Source: Eubacteriales bacterium
GTDB lineage: Bacteria; Bacillota; Clostridia; Oscillospirales; CAG-272
DNA: 64,000 nucleotides
Assembly: GCA_045632405.1 (NCBI GenBank)
Contig: JAZQWO010000030.1
Location: 23,769 to 87,768 of the forward strand
Direction: 5' to 3'
Shown here: positions 46,402 through 55,142 of the stretch, in pieces
Layout: each line of letters begins with the position of its first letter
Position numbering within the stretch: the first letter of the stretch is position 1
Program-made: the position numbers and the translations under genes
Notes under the pieces: model-generated
Databases searched by the model: none
What the model saw: only the letters and a program-made list of their open reading frames with translations
Told to the model about the DNA's origin: nothing

Positions 46402-47106
46402 TTAATCAGCATTCTGAGGAAAAACCTCGAATTTATAGCCAACGCCCCAAACAGTCTTCAGCTCCCATTTGTCGGAAACACCGTTCAGCTTCTCGCGAAG
46501 GCGCTTAACGTGAACGTCAACTGTACGTGAGTCACCAAGATAGTCAAAGCTCCAAACCTTATTAAGAAGCTGATCTCTTGTATATACTCTGTTGAAGTTC
46601 TTTGCAAGGAAGTAAAGAAGCATAAGCTCCTTGTGTGGAATGTCAATGCTCTCACCCTTGATTTTGAGCTCGTGATTTGCCAAGCTGATTTCCATATTGT
46701 CAAAGCGTAAAATGTCCTTGTCAACGTGACTTTCCATTGTGCTATATCTACGCAAAACAGCCTTGACTCTTGCAAGAAGCTCCTTCATATCAAAGGGCTT
46801 AACAACAAAGTCGTCAGCACCAAGCTCCAAGCCGAGAACCTTGTCAAAAACCTCGCCCTTAGCAGTTATCATAATCATTGGCTTATTGGAATTGGCTCTG
46901 ATTTCACGGCAAACATCAGTGCCGTCCTTTTTTGGAAGCATCAAATCAAGCAAAACGATATCAGGGTCGTAGCTCTTGAACATAGACATACCCTCAATAC
47001 CGTCGTGAGCAACGGCAACCTCATAGCCCTCGTTTTGGAAATAAACCTTTATAAGCTCGCAGATGTTGGTATCGTCATCAATAACAAGCATTTTTGTTCC
47101 TAACAT
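46402..47106 (-). CDS. OmpR-family response regulator
   Basis: 234 aa from ATG 47106 (SD GGGAGG 7 nt upstream; alternative ATG at 47091). Receiver MLVIDDD...DLMLP...KP, and winged helix RLREKL...TVWGVGYKF. Confidence 0.9.
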   Translation of the reverse strand: MLGTKMLVIDDDTNICELIKVYFQNEGYEVAVAHDGIEGMSMFKSYDPDIVLLDLMLPKKDGTDVCREIRANSNKPMIMITAKGEVFDKVLGLELGADDFVVKPFDMKELLARVKAVLRRYSTMESHVDKDILRFDNMEISLANHELKIKGESIDIPHKELMLLYFLAKNFNRVYTRDQLLNKVWSFDYLGDSRTVDVHVKRLREKLNGVSDKWELKTVWGVGYKFEVFPQNAD

Positions 47107-47300
47107 TTTAATTCCTCCCATTTTGCCTGACTGATATAAAAATTCAAGATTTATAAACAATTTATTCAAAAATCTAAAGAACACGTTCAAATTTAATTAA
47201 TTTCTTGTTGATATTCTAAACTACAATTGTGACAAGTATGTGAACAAGGAGTGTGATTATACCAAAAATAATAAGTTTTTTAAAAATTTACCTTTTACCC

Positions 47301-47329
47301 TTGCATAAACCGAAAAATTAATGTATAAT
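47301..47329 (+). promoter_or_regulatory. Sigma-A promoter of ychF
   Basis: TTGCAT (47301-47306), 17 nt, TATAAT (47324-47329). Confidence 0.6.
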
Positions 47330-47364
47330 ATGTACGACTTATTTTAAATTATAAGAGGTATATA

Positions 47365-48459
47365 ATGAAACTTGGTATTGTTGGTTTGCCTAATGTTGGC
47401 AAAAGTACACTTTTTAATGCTTTGACTAATGCGGGTGCGCAGAGCGCAAACTACCCGTTCTGCACAATTGAGCCAAACGTTGGCGTTGTTATGGTTCCCG
47501 ACTCACGTCTTGATGTGCTTGCAGAGATGTACAAGCCTGAAAAGTACACTCCTGCGGTTATTGAGTTTGTTGATATTGCAGGTCTTGTTAAGGGCGCTTC
47601 CAAGGGCGAGGGGCTTGGTAATAAGTTCCTTTCCCACATTCGTGAGGTTGATGCTATTGTGCACGTTGTCCGTTGCTTTGAAAACAGCGATATCATCCAC
47701 GTGGACGGTGATATTAACCCAATCCGCGACCTTGAAACTATAAATTTTGAGCTTATTCTTTCCGATATGGAAATTCTTGAAAGAAGAATTGATGCGGTTA
47801 AGAAGGCTATGAAGGGGGACAAAACCTTAGCTCCAAAGCTTGACCTTTATGAGCGCGTTATGAAGGCGCTTGAGGAAGGCAAGAGCGCACGCAGTCTTGA
47901 TTATGATGACGAGGAAAGAGCTTGGATTTCCGAGGTTGCTCTCCTGACAATCAAGCCTGTTATTTATGCGGCTAACATCAGCGAGGACGATCTTGCATCC
48001 GATTTGAGCGATAACAAGTTCTACCAGAGTGTTTTGGAGTTTGCAAAGAGCGAAAAGAGCGAGGTTATTCCTGTTTGCGCAGGCATAGAGGCTGAAATTG
48101 CGGAGCTTGACGATGAGGAAAAGAAAATGTTCCTCTCCGACCTTGGCATTGAAGAAAGCGGTCTTGACAAGCTCATTAAGGCAAGCTATTCTCTCCTGGG
48201 TCTTATCAGCTATTTGACAGCAGGCCCTCAAGAGGTACGCGCTTGGACAATTACAAAGGGTACAAAAGCACCACAGGCGGCAGGCAAAATCCACTCCGAC
48301 TTTGAGCGCGGATTTATCAGAGCCGAGATTGTTGCATTTGACGATTTGATTGCTTGCGGCACAATGACCGCCGCCAAGGAAAAGGGCTTGGTTCGCTCCG
48401 AGGGTAAGGAATATGTAATTGCCGACGGAGATATAGTTCTCTTCAGATTTAACGTATAA
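47365..48459 (+). CDS. ychF: Redox-regulated ATPase YchF
   Basis: 364 aa. G1 GLPNVGKST, DIAGLV, and a C-terminal TGS domain. Canonical length. Confidence 0.95.
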   Translation: MKLGIVGLPNVGKSTLFNALTNAGAQSANYPFCTIEPNVGVVMVPDSRLDVLAEMYKPEKYTPAVIEFVDIAGLVKGASKGEGLGNKFLSHIREVDAIVHVVRCFENSDIIHVDGDINPIRDLETINFELILSDMEILERRIDAVKKAMKGDKTLAPKLDLYERVMKALEEGKSARSLDYDDEERAWISEVALLTIKPVIYAANISEDDLASDLSDNKFYQSVLEFAKSEKSEVIPVCAGIEAEIAELDDEEKKMFLSDLGIEESGLDKLIKASYSLLGLISYLTAGPQEVRAWTITKGTKAPQAAGKIHSDFERGFIRAEIVAFDDLIACGTMTAAKEKGLVRSEGKEYVIADGDIVLFRFNV

Positions 48460-48465
48460 AACCGA

Positions 48466-48502
48466 AAACGGATTTCCCGAAAAGGAAATCCGTTTCTTTT
48501 TT
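48466..48502. terminator. Bidirectional rho-independent terminator
   Basis: AAACGGATTTCC-cgaaaa-GGAAATCCGTTT then CTTTTTT. 12-bp stem. Confidence 0.8.
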
Positions 48503-48508
48503 ATCTTA

Positions 48509-51175
48509 TTACAATTCCCTAAAAACAACTACGTCTGTTATTTCCTCGGGAATAAAGCATCTCTCCACCACCACTAAGTGCAAAACAGTGCAAGCAAAGC
48601 CATTCACAACTATATCTTCATCCTCACCGTGTTTGTATTGTGGGTAATACTTTGTTATATAGATTGTATTGTTCTTAACTGTAAAATCCTTAAAGCCCCC
48701 ATATGCTAGCATATCGTAACCCTCTTTATAGCATATGGCTAAAACAACGGAGCTGTCAAACACGTTATCAAGCACGCCATACTCTACGTTTCCTGTATAT
48801 TTCTCGTACAAAAGGTCAAGCTCTTGCTTGCTCGTTATCAGTTTCCAAGAAAAATCAGGTATTGCACTAAGCCCGTCACTTGTGGTAAAGGTTAAGGTCA
48901 AATGCTCAGACTCGATATAGTCATAGCCAGGATATTCCTCATCCCAATCCATTGCGTAGTGCTTTTCGATAAAGTAAATAGTATCCATTCCGCCCTCAAA
49001 GTGCGCTTTTTCAACGGCGATAAAGTAAATGGTTGGGTTCATTGCCGCACCACCCATATGTCCTTCAACTCGCTTGTCAATATACATCACTCTGTCGCCT
49101 ACTCGCACGTTACAAAACGCAGTTGAGCTATTGCAAGCAGTACAAGGCTCGTATTGATAATATGCAATCACATTCCAAATTTCAAAATCGATGCTTGGGT
49201 AAACCTCAAAATTGGTATGCTCCGCTAAGAATTCCTCGTATGCCTCTTGGCTTTCAATTACCGTGTACTCGTTTTTTGGCACTTTAGCGATAGTGTTACC
49301 TTCATAGTGAGAGGCAAAAAAGCTACTGTTATACTGCACTATCCTCTCGGGAGCATCCAAAACCTTGGCATACTGCTGACGGTATTTTAGCAGATGTACC
49401 GTTACCTCCCTCTCTGTACAATTAAGGCTGGACAGCGGTATTCTTGTCACATAAAGCCTTGGTGCATATTCCACTCCATAGTCTATATAGTTCATTTCAA
49501 TATAAACATTGTTTTCATTAGATTGGCAATCTAAAAAGCGTGTATCATAGGGGGCTTTGCCGTAATACACAAGCAAGAACTCACCCTTTTTCATATTTCT
49601 GCTCACATCAATGCCTGTTGCAAGTCTGACCTCTTGGGCATCTGCACCCTCAACCACCATCCAAACGGAGTCCATGCTTGGGGTGTATCCCTCACCAATA
49701 TTTCCGTATACGGTAGTATAGTAATGTTCCTCATCGTCAATGTCGCTGAACACAAGGTAAGTACCGCCTATGTTGTCACCTCTGTCCATAATATCAACCT
49801 TGTCCTTTGGTACTGATACATAGCAATATTGGGATTGGAAGTCCTTTGCTTCAAAAAGTTCTTCCTGCTTATTTAGCTCGCCTTCGTCTCTGCGGTTGAA
49901 TCGACTATCGTCATCCATATAGACAGTAAGCACGCCGTCTGCACTAAGTACAAGTCTTCTTATACCCAAGGTATAAAGAGGCGAGTATCCGTCAAGGCGC
50001 AAAACAACTACGTAATTATTTTCAAAATAGCTCTCTTCAAGATATGGGTTTTCCACATATACGTCAAGCATTGACTTTGATGTGATAATATGGTACGCCA
50101 TACCCTTTGGTAGTTGACTGTCATAATAATATATTCCCAAATCCAACAGGTCATAGTAGTCATCGGATTTTTCGTTTACTATTACTGTATTTGTAATAAT
50201 TTTCTCGTAGCTATACTCGTGGCAAATAAGCATACGCTCAGTAAAGTTCGAGCTTGTATAGCTCTCTGAGGCTAACATTTCTTTCGGTATTGCTATAAGC
50301 TCAAGCACAGGAGTGTTTGAATATTCCGCATCGCTCTTATAAAGACGCTCGATACTCAAATGTCCCTCAAGGGAAGAAAGAACGTTATAGCCAAGTGAGG
50401 CAGGAGTATTTACATCAAGAACACGAGCTATAACCTTATACGCCTCTGTTATTTCAAATTGTGGCAAGATATCAACATCTTTTTCTGACAAAAACTCTGT
50501 GATTTCTCGCTCTTCCAAAAGATATGCGGTGTTTGGCGCAAGAGTTGAATTCGTCAACGGTATTTGCATCATTTGCAAAAATTCAACCTCTTCTCTTTGT
50601 ATATCCATCAAGCCGCCAACGGCTGAGCTTTCCTCGAATACAATATCTTCCTTTGGAATTAATAAATATACAGTTTCACACACAATCTCGCCCTCTCGGG
50701 AAACGGTTGGCTCTACTTCTAAAGTCTTTATAGACGTTCTTTTTCCGTCAAAGGTAAAATCATAATATCCTACTGCCTCGTAGCTATCGCAAATGCGGTA
50801 GGTATGGAGTGCCAAAACAACATTTTCTTCAAATATGGTGCTTGAATAGCCCGCTCCCCCTGATGTCTTTGCAGTTAGCTCCTCGTGAGTATCTATTATC
50901 CTATACTCATAGGTATTCAAGGCAATGCGGGCAAAGTCTGCTGCTTCAAATCTACCGCAGTCTATCATTGGATAAAATTCGTCAGCTTTTTCTTCAATAT
51001 AGAGTGCTAATGGGGTGTTTTCCTCTTTATTGTTCTCTTTATCGGGCGTGCCTGCCACTGAACTTGACGAGCTATCTCCTGTGGGAGTGCTGCTATTATC
51101 AGTATGAATTGTGCCACAGGACACAATTAAAAGAATAACTAATAGTGCGATTATCATGGTTAATATTTTCTTCAT
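48509..51175 (-). CDS. Large lipoprotein of unknown function, six tandem ~130-150-aa modules (paralog B)
   Basis: 888 aa from ATG 51175 (SD AGGAGAG). Lipobox LLIVSC|G and a Ser-rich linker. Six repeated modules colinear with the upstream paralog (see findings). Confidence 0.75.
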   Translation of the reverse strand: MKKILTMIIALLVILLIVSCGTIHTDNSSTPTGDSSSSSVAGTPDKENNKEENTPLALYIEEKADEFYPMIDCGRFEAADFARIALNTYEYRIIDTHEELTAKTSGGAGYSSTIFEENVVLALHTYRICDSYEAVGYYDFTFDGKRTSIKTLEVEPTVSREGEIVCETVYLLIPKEDIVFEESSAVGGLMDIQREEVEFLQMMQIPLTNSTLAPNTAYLLEEREITEFLSEKDVDILPQFEITEAYKVIARVLDVNTPASLGYNVLSSLEGHLSIERLYKSDAEYSNTPVLELIAIPKEMLASESYTSSNFTERMLICHEYSYEKIITNTVIVNEKSDDYYDLLDLGIYYYDSQLPKGMAYHIITSKSMLDVYVENPYLEESYFENNYVVVLRLDGYSPLYTLGIRRLVLSADGVLTVYMDDDSRFNRRDEGELNKQEELFEAKDFQSQYCYVSVPKDKVDIMDRGDNIGGTYLVFSDIDDEEHYYTTVYGNIGEGYTPSMDSVWMVVEGADAQEVRLATGIDVSRNMKKGEFLLVYYGKAPYDTRFLDCQSNENNVYIEMNYIDYGVEYAPRLYVTRIPLSSLNCTEREVTVHLLKYRQQYAKVLDAPERIVQYNSSFFASHYEGNTIAKVPKNEYTVIESQEAYEEFLAEHTNFEVYPSIDFEIWNVIAYYQYEPCTACNSSTAFCNVRVGDRVMYIDKRVEGHMGGAAMNPTIYFIAVEKAHFEGGMDTIYFIEKHYAMDWDEEYPGYDYIESEHLTLTFTTSDGLSAIPDFSWKLITSKQELDLLYEKYTGNVEYGVLDNVFDSSVVLAICYKEGYDMLAYGGFKDFTVKNNTIYITKYYPQYKHGEDEDIVVNGFACTVLHLVVVERCFIPEEITDVVVFREL

Positions 51176-51225
51176 AGCTATTCTCTCCTTTCTTTTCTGT
51201 CTGACAGAAATGAAGCTAATCGGCT

Positions 51226-54003
51226 TTATAGCCAATCAATTTCGCAGGTATCGACTACCTCGTTAATTTCCTCAGGGGTGAATATTTTTTCTACTGCAAT
51301 CAAGTGAAGCACTGTGTACATGCCATCATTGCCTGAGATCATCCCATTTGCTTCAATATATTTGTCAATGAAAATTTTGTTATTCTCAACACGCATATTT
51401 CTAAAGCCGCCCAAAACCAAGGATGAATCATACATTCTTACGTAGGCAACTATGCACATTTTTTCAAAATCAAGGTTTAAAAGTGCGTCAAGTCCGTTAT
51501 TTTCAGTGTATTTTGCGTAAATTTCTTCAAGTGCCTCTTTACTTTCGATTATTGCATAATCAAAGTCGGGCAATTCCTTAAGGTTATCTATAATGTGAGC
51601 GGTATATTCGGAATTTACTCTTTTGTGCTCTGACACGGAATACGTGTTCTTTTGAAGCACAACCGCATTTGTAACCTCGCCTGTTACCTTTTCTTTAGGT
51701 ATTACAATAAAGTATAGACACGGTGACTCAGCTTCTCCGCCGCCATGGTTATCATAATATTTATCAATATACAGGCATCCGTTTCCGTATCTTACATTTT
51801 CAAAGGATGCGGCACTATGACATTCTATACAGCCCTCCACTTTATAGTGTGCAAGAACATATGCAGTTTCAAAATCAATGTCCTTCAGCTGTGCGGTTGG
51901 GTATATGCCGCCATACTCTGCAAACACCTCTGATAGTGTGTCGTAATTATCTATGAGCTTCCATTCAAAGTCAGGTGCTTTGCGCAAGCCAACCTCTGCA
52001 TCGTTGCTAAGCACGTAGCTATACAGAGATTCTGTCAAATATTCGCCGCGGCGGATGCTTGCAGGCTCTCTTGTATATTTTGTTATGTTCATTTTGTACT
52101 TCTGTGCTTCGTTGTAGCCTATAAAGTTATCCAGCTTAATTACATAGTAATAACCCTTGGGCTCTTCCTTGCCTGCATCCTGTACTATGTCAAGATACAT
52201 TTTATTGCCGTCTATACGGAAATTATAGAATCTCGGATTTGTGCGAAGCTTGCCGTAAAATACAAGATAAAGCTCACCGTTTCCTAAGGTTGTGATATAT
52301 GGATTTAAATCAATATTTAATAGTGATTCGAGCGCATCTCTTTCTGCATAGGTTTTAGCCGCCCAAACCTGGTTAAGTGCCGCATATGGCGTTGAGAGGC
52401 CTGTAAAGCTATGGGAGTGTGCGTCCTCGTCACTCACCTTTGTCAATTTAATGTTACCTGTAAGCGCCTGACCCTCAATATTAAGCTCTTCTCTCGACAC
52501 TAAGATGTAAAGAACATTGTCGGGGTATTGATTTATAATCTCTAATTCCTCGTCATCACGGCAGTAGCCTATGTCTGCCGTGGCGCAAAGAACTCCGATT
52601 TCATCGAAGTGAAGGTCGCGTATGCCGTATACAATGCGTTCAAGTCTTTCGTAATCATAGCCGTCTATCTTGACTGCCACAACGTAATTACTGCTCATTT
52701 CCTCTGCTGAAATGAAAGGATTTGCCACATATTGCTTTAATTCCTCGTAGCTTGTGATTATGCGGTATGCATCACCTACGGGGAGCTTATCATAATAGTA
52801 GTAAATACCAAGGTCAAGGAATTCGTAGTAATTGTAGGTCTTTTCCTCTACGTTTGCCATGTTGGAAAGGTCAATATCGCTTCTTTCCGGAGATGAGCTT
52901 ACGTGCTCAATGCTTGTTACACTTATGGCATTTATATTTTCCGGTTGCTCCTTGAAAACGTAATTTGGAATTGCTACAAACTCAAAGCCTTGTATATTTT
53001 TCGTTCTAGGTGAATATGTTTCGTACTCTCTTGTAATATAAAGAGTATCGCCCTCAACAGATGCGTTTTTGTAGCCAAAGGGTTTGTCGCTAAAGCTGAT
53101 GCCTGTTCCCATATCCTCGTGATATATTATCAAAATTTTATAGGCGGTGCTACAATGGTAATAGTCGCACTGACAGTCACAGGTACGATTCCAAGTAACA
53201 CTAAGTCTATTGTCGCTTAAAAACTGCTTAAGCTCGGCAGGCTCAATCAACCAGGATTGACCGTTTTCATAGCCTCTATTGTCTTTCACGGAGCAATAAG
53301 CAGTATCATAAGTATGAGTTGCATTTGATGAAATGCTAAGCTTGCCCCATGTCGGCAAGGAATATTCCTCACCTGTGCTTTGTTCTATCTCGCTGTATTT
53401 ATCTACCGCTTCGCGTGGAATTAAAACATAGTGCAAATCAACCCACTCTCCGCTCACAGTATCCAAAAAATCAGCATCCCAATAGCAACGGTCGATAGTA
53501 ACCATTCCTCTTGATAATCTGAAGTTCTTGTAGCCGAGAAAATTACCGATCACGTTTTCCCTGAATCTATAAGAACGGTATATTGCCATAACGTAGTTAT
53601 CTTCAAATATTTCCTCTTTATAGTCGCAACCGCGCTCTGTTTTGGCGCAAAGCTCCTTGTAGGTTTTAATAATTGAATAATAGCAATTTAACTCTTGTGC
53701 CCCGTTAAATTCGTCACCAAAATATTCGCCGCACAGAAGTGTTGGGTAATATTCGGTTTTTTCGCCCCCAAAGGTAGCAAGCAGCTTTTTTTCATTCTCG
53801 GGGATTTCGTCATTTGGGTCATCTACCTTGTCCTCTCTGCTGCTTGATGACGGAATATCAGCAACCACATCATTTTGGCTTGACTGTGTGCCAAGCACAT
53901 CCTCGCTGCTGCCTGTTGTACCTGAATTAGCACCGCTATCTCCACAAGAGATTAACAAAAGTGTCAATGCTAAAGCTATTAGTAATACTATAAATTTTTT
54001 CAT
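51226..54003 (-). CDS. Large lipoprotein of unknown function, six tandem ~130-150-aa modules (paralog A)
   Basis: 925 aa from ATG 54003 (SD GGGAG). Lipobox LLLISC|G and a Ser/Asp-rich linker. Colinear with paralog B along its full length, e.g. YYEFLDLGIYYYYDKLPVGDAYRIITSYEELKQYV versus YYDLLDLGIYYYDSQLPKGMAYHIITSKSMLDVYV. Confidence 0.75.
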   Translation of the reverse strand: MKKFIVLLIALALTLLLISCGDSGANSGTTGSSEDVLGTQSSQNDVVADIPSSSSREDKVDDPNDEIPENEKKLLATFGGEKTEYYPTLLCGEYFGDEFNGAQELNCYYSIIKTYKELCAKTERGCDYKEEIFEDNYVMAIYRSYRFRENVIGNFLGYKNFRLSRGMVTIDRCYWDADFLDTVSGEWVDLHYVLIPREAVDKYSEIEQSTGEEYSLPTWGKLSISSNATHTYDTAYCSVKDNRGYENGQSWLIEPAELKQFLSDNRLSVTWNRTCDCQCDYYHCSTAYKILIIYHEDMGTGISFSDKPFGYKNASVEGDTLYITREYETYSPRTKNIQGFEFVAIPNYVFKEQPENINAISVTSIEHVSSSPERSDIDLSNMANVEEKTYNYYEFLDLGIYYYYDKLPVGDAYRIITSYEELKQYVANPFISAEEMSSNYVVAVKIDGYDYERLERIVYGIRDLHFDEIGVLCATADIGYCRDDEELEIINQYPDNVLYILVSREELNIEGQALTGNIKLTKVSDEDAHSHSFTGLSTPYAALNQVWAAKTYAERDALESLLNIDLNPYITTLGNGELYLVFYGKLRTNPRFYNFRIDGNKMYLDIVQDAGKEEPKGYYYVIKLDNFIGYNEAQKYKMNITKYTREPASIRRGEYLTESLYSYVLSNDAEVGLRKAPDFEWKLIDNYDTLSEVFAEYGGIYPTAQLKDIDFETAYVLAHYKVEGCIECHSAASFENVRYGNGCLYIDKYYDNHGGGEAESPCLYFIVIPKEKVTGEVTNAVVLQKNTYSVSEHKRVNSEYTAHIIDNLKELPDFDYAIIESKEALEEIYAKYTENNGLDALLNLDFEKMCIVAYVRMYDSSLVLGGFRNMRVENNKIFIDKYIEANGMISGNDGMYTVLHLIAVEKIFTPEEINEVVDTCEIDWL

Positions 54004-54121
54004 AGTTGTTTCTCCCTTCAAATTTTGCCTTTCACCCTAATAGACGGAAAAGTGTGTTGATTGGTTACAACTTTTTTGAATTTTTTTTGATTTTTTTGTG
54101 AAAAGTATCCTAATATAGCAA

Positions 54122-54160
54122 CAAAAAAGGCAAATACAGAAAAAATTCCGCATTTGCCTT
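54122..54160 (-). terminator. Rho-independent terminator after the alpha/beta hydrolase gene
   Basis: AAGGCAAAT (54127-35) and ATTTGCCTT (54152-60), 16-nt loop. The minus-strand transcript continues with TTTTGTT. Confidence 0.5.
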
Positions 54161-54164
54161 TTAT

Positions 54165-55142
54165 TTATTTTGTAGTTGGAACAGGCAAGCTACTTAAAAG
54201 CTCGGCGATTGCATTATCGTACCTTTCAGTATCGGTAATACGGAGCATAGAGTGTCTGCCGTGGTCGAACCAGACGAGCTTTTTATTTTTTGAGCCAGCC
54301 TTATCAAATAGCTTTTGAGCGTATTCGGGAGTGGAATATATATCTTCCTTACTATGTAGCATTAAGAGTGGCGTCTGAAGCTTATCTATAACGTCAATAG
54401 GGCCTTTTTTCATTGAGTGACCCGTGTACTTTTTCATCCACATATTAACAAGCATAAAGGTTGGAAAAACCACCCTTCTTTGCTCTCGCATATGATTTTT
54501 CACGGACTCGCCGAAGTTAGGGAACATACCCTCAGCAACAAGGGCGTCAACTATTGGCGGACAGTCGCGTGTGGTGAGCGCCAGCAAGCCACCTGCTGAG
54601 CCAATGCAAATGCCGTGCAAAACAACTGAGGAAATACCCTTTTCCTCGTGGAGCATTTTAATCCAAGCGGCATAGTCACCGCTTTCCTCAAATCCCACTG
54701 TATTATAAGTACCGTCGCTCAAGCCGTGGGCGCGAGGGTCTGTGACTAAAATATTACAGCCGTTTTTTGCATATGGTATGGCAAAATAATAGCCGTAGCG
54801 AAGGCTCTCCGTTCTGCCTGACAAAATGATTGCGCATCTGTCATAGCCGAAATCGTAATACTCTCCGTACAGATTCAAGCCACCGCTGACAATATGCACG
54901 TCCTCTTTTTTGTCCTTGTTTTGCTGTGCCCACGCCAAGCCTGTATCATACATCGAAATATGATCGGGCTCCATTTCGCTGGGCAAGTCGCGTCCCCATT
55001 GCTCTTTTTTTCTCCTTTTCAATGTACATACATACACAAAGTACGATGCAACAACAAAGGAAATCATCCAGAAAATGAGCAACGATATTACAAAGCCGAC
55101 AACTGACCATATAAATGCGGGGTGGGTCAAAAAATCTGTCAT
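54165..55142 (-). CDS. Membrane-anchored alpha/beta hydrolase with Cys in the nucleophile elbow
   Basis: 325 aa. N-terminal TM FIWSVVGFVISLLIFWMISFVVASYFVYV. RAHGLSDG, nucleophile elbow H-G-I-C-I-G-S (GxCxG instead of GxSxG), and candidate Asp (HSKEDIY) and His (DHGRHSM). Confidence 0.7.
   Translation of the reverse strand: MTDFLTHPAFIWSVVGFVISLLIFWMISFVVASYFVYVCTLKRRKKEQWGRDLPSEMEPDHISMYDTGLAWAQQNKDKKEDVHIVSGGLNLYGEYYDFGYDRCAIILSGRTESLRYGYYFAIPYAKNGCNILVTDPRAHGLSDGTYNTVGFEESGDYAAWIKMLHEEKGISSVVLHGICIGSAGGLLALTTRDCPPIVDALVAEGMFPNFGESVKNHMREQRRVVFPTFMLVNMWMKKYTGHSMKKGPIDVIDKLQTPLLMLHSKEDIYSTPEYAQKLFDKAGSKNKKLVWFDHGRHSMLRITDTERYDNAIAELLSSLPVPTTK

Noticed and set aside
47107-47364. 258-nt divergent region between the response regulator and ychF as a possible sRNA or riboswitch
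   Set aside because: It is AT-rich with only short imperfect repeats (TTGAAT x2). I found no stable stem or terminator. It is adequately explained by two divergent promoters (ychF TTGCAT-17-TATAAT; an extended -10 TGgTATAAT for the regulator).
47827-48528. 233-aa minus-strand ORF opposite ychF
   Set aside because: ychF is unambiguous (G1-G4 plus TGS). The antisense ORF has odd composition (Cys/Asn/Leu-rich) and runs through the bidirectional terminator.
51176-51235. N-terminal extensions implied by ORF-track starts (this one plus 5214-5255, 10227-10283, 12460-12501, 14275-14286, 17352-17408, 17941-17958, 33202-33207, 37191-37247, 43590-43649, 46304-46321, 47107-47190, 54004-54021, 63798-63848)
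   Set aside because: In each case an internal ATG is preceded at 5-9 nt by a GGAGG-like SD. The trimmed protein starts with the expected family N-terminus or signal peptide. Several of the longer starts are TTG or GTG, or would create overlaps with the upstream gene.
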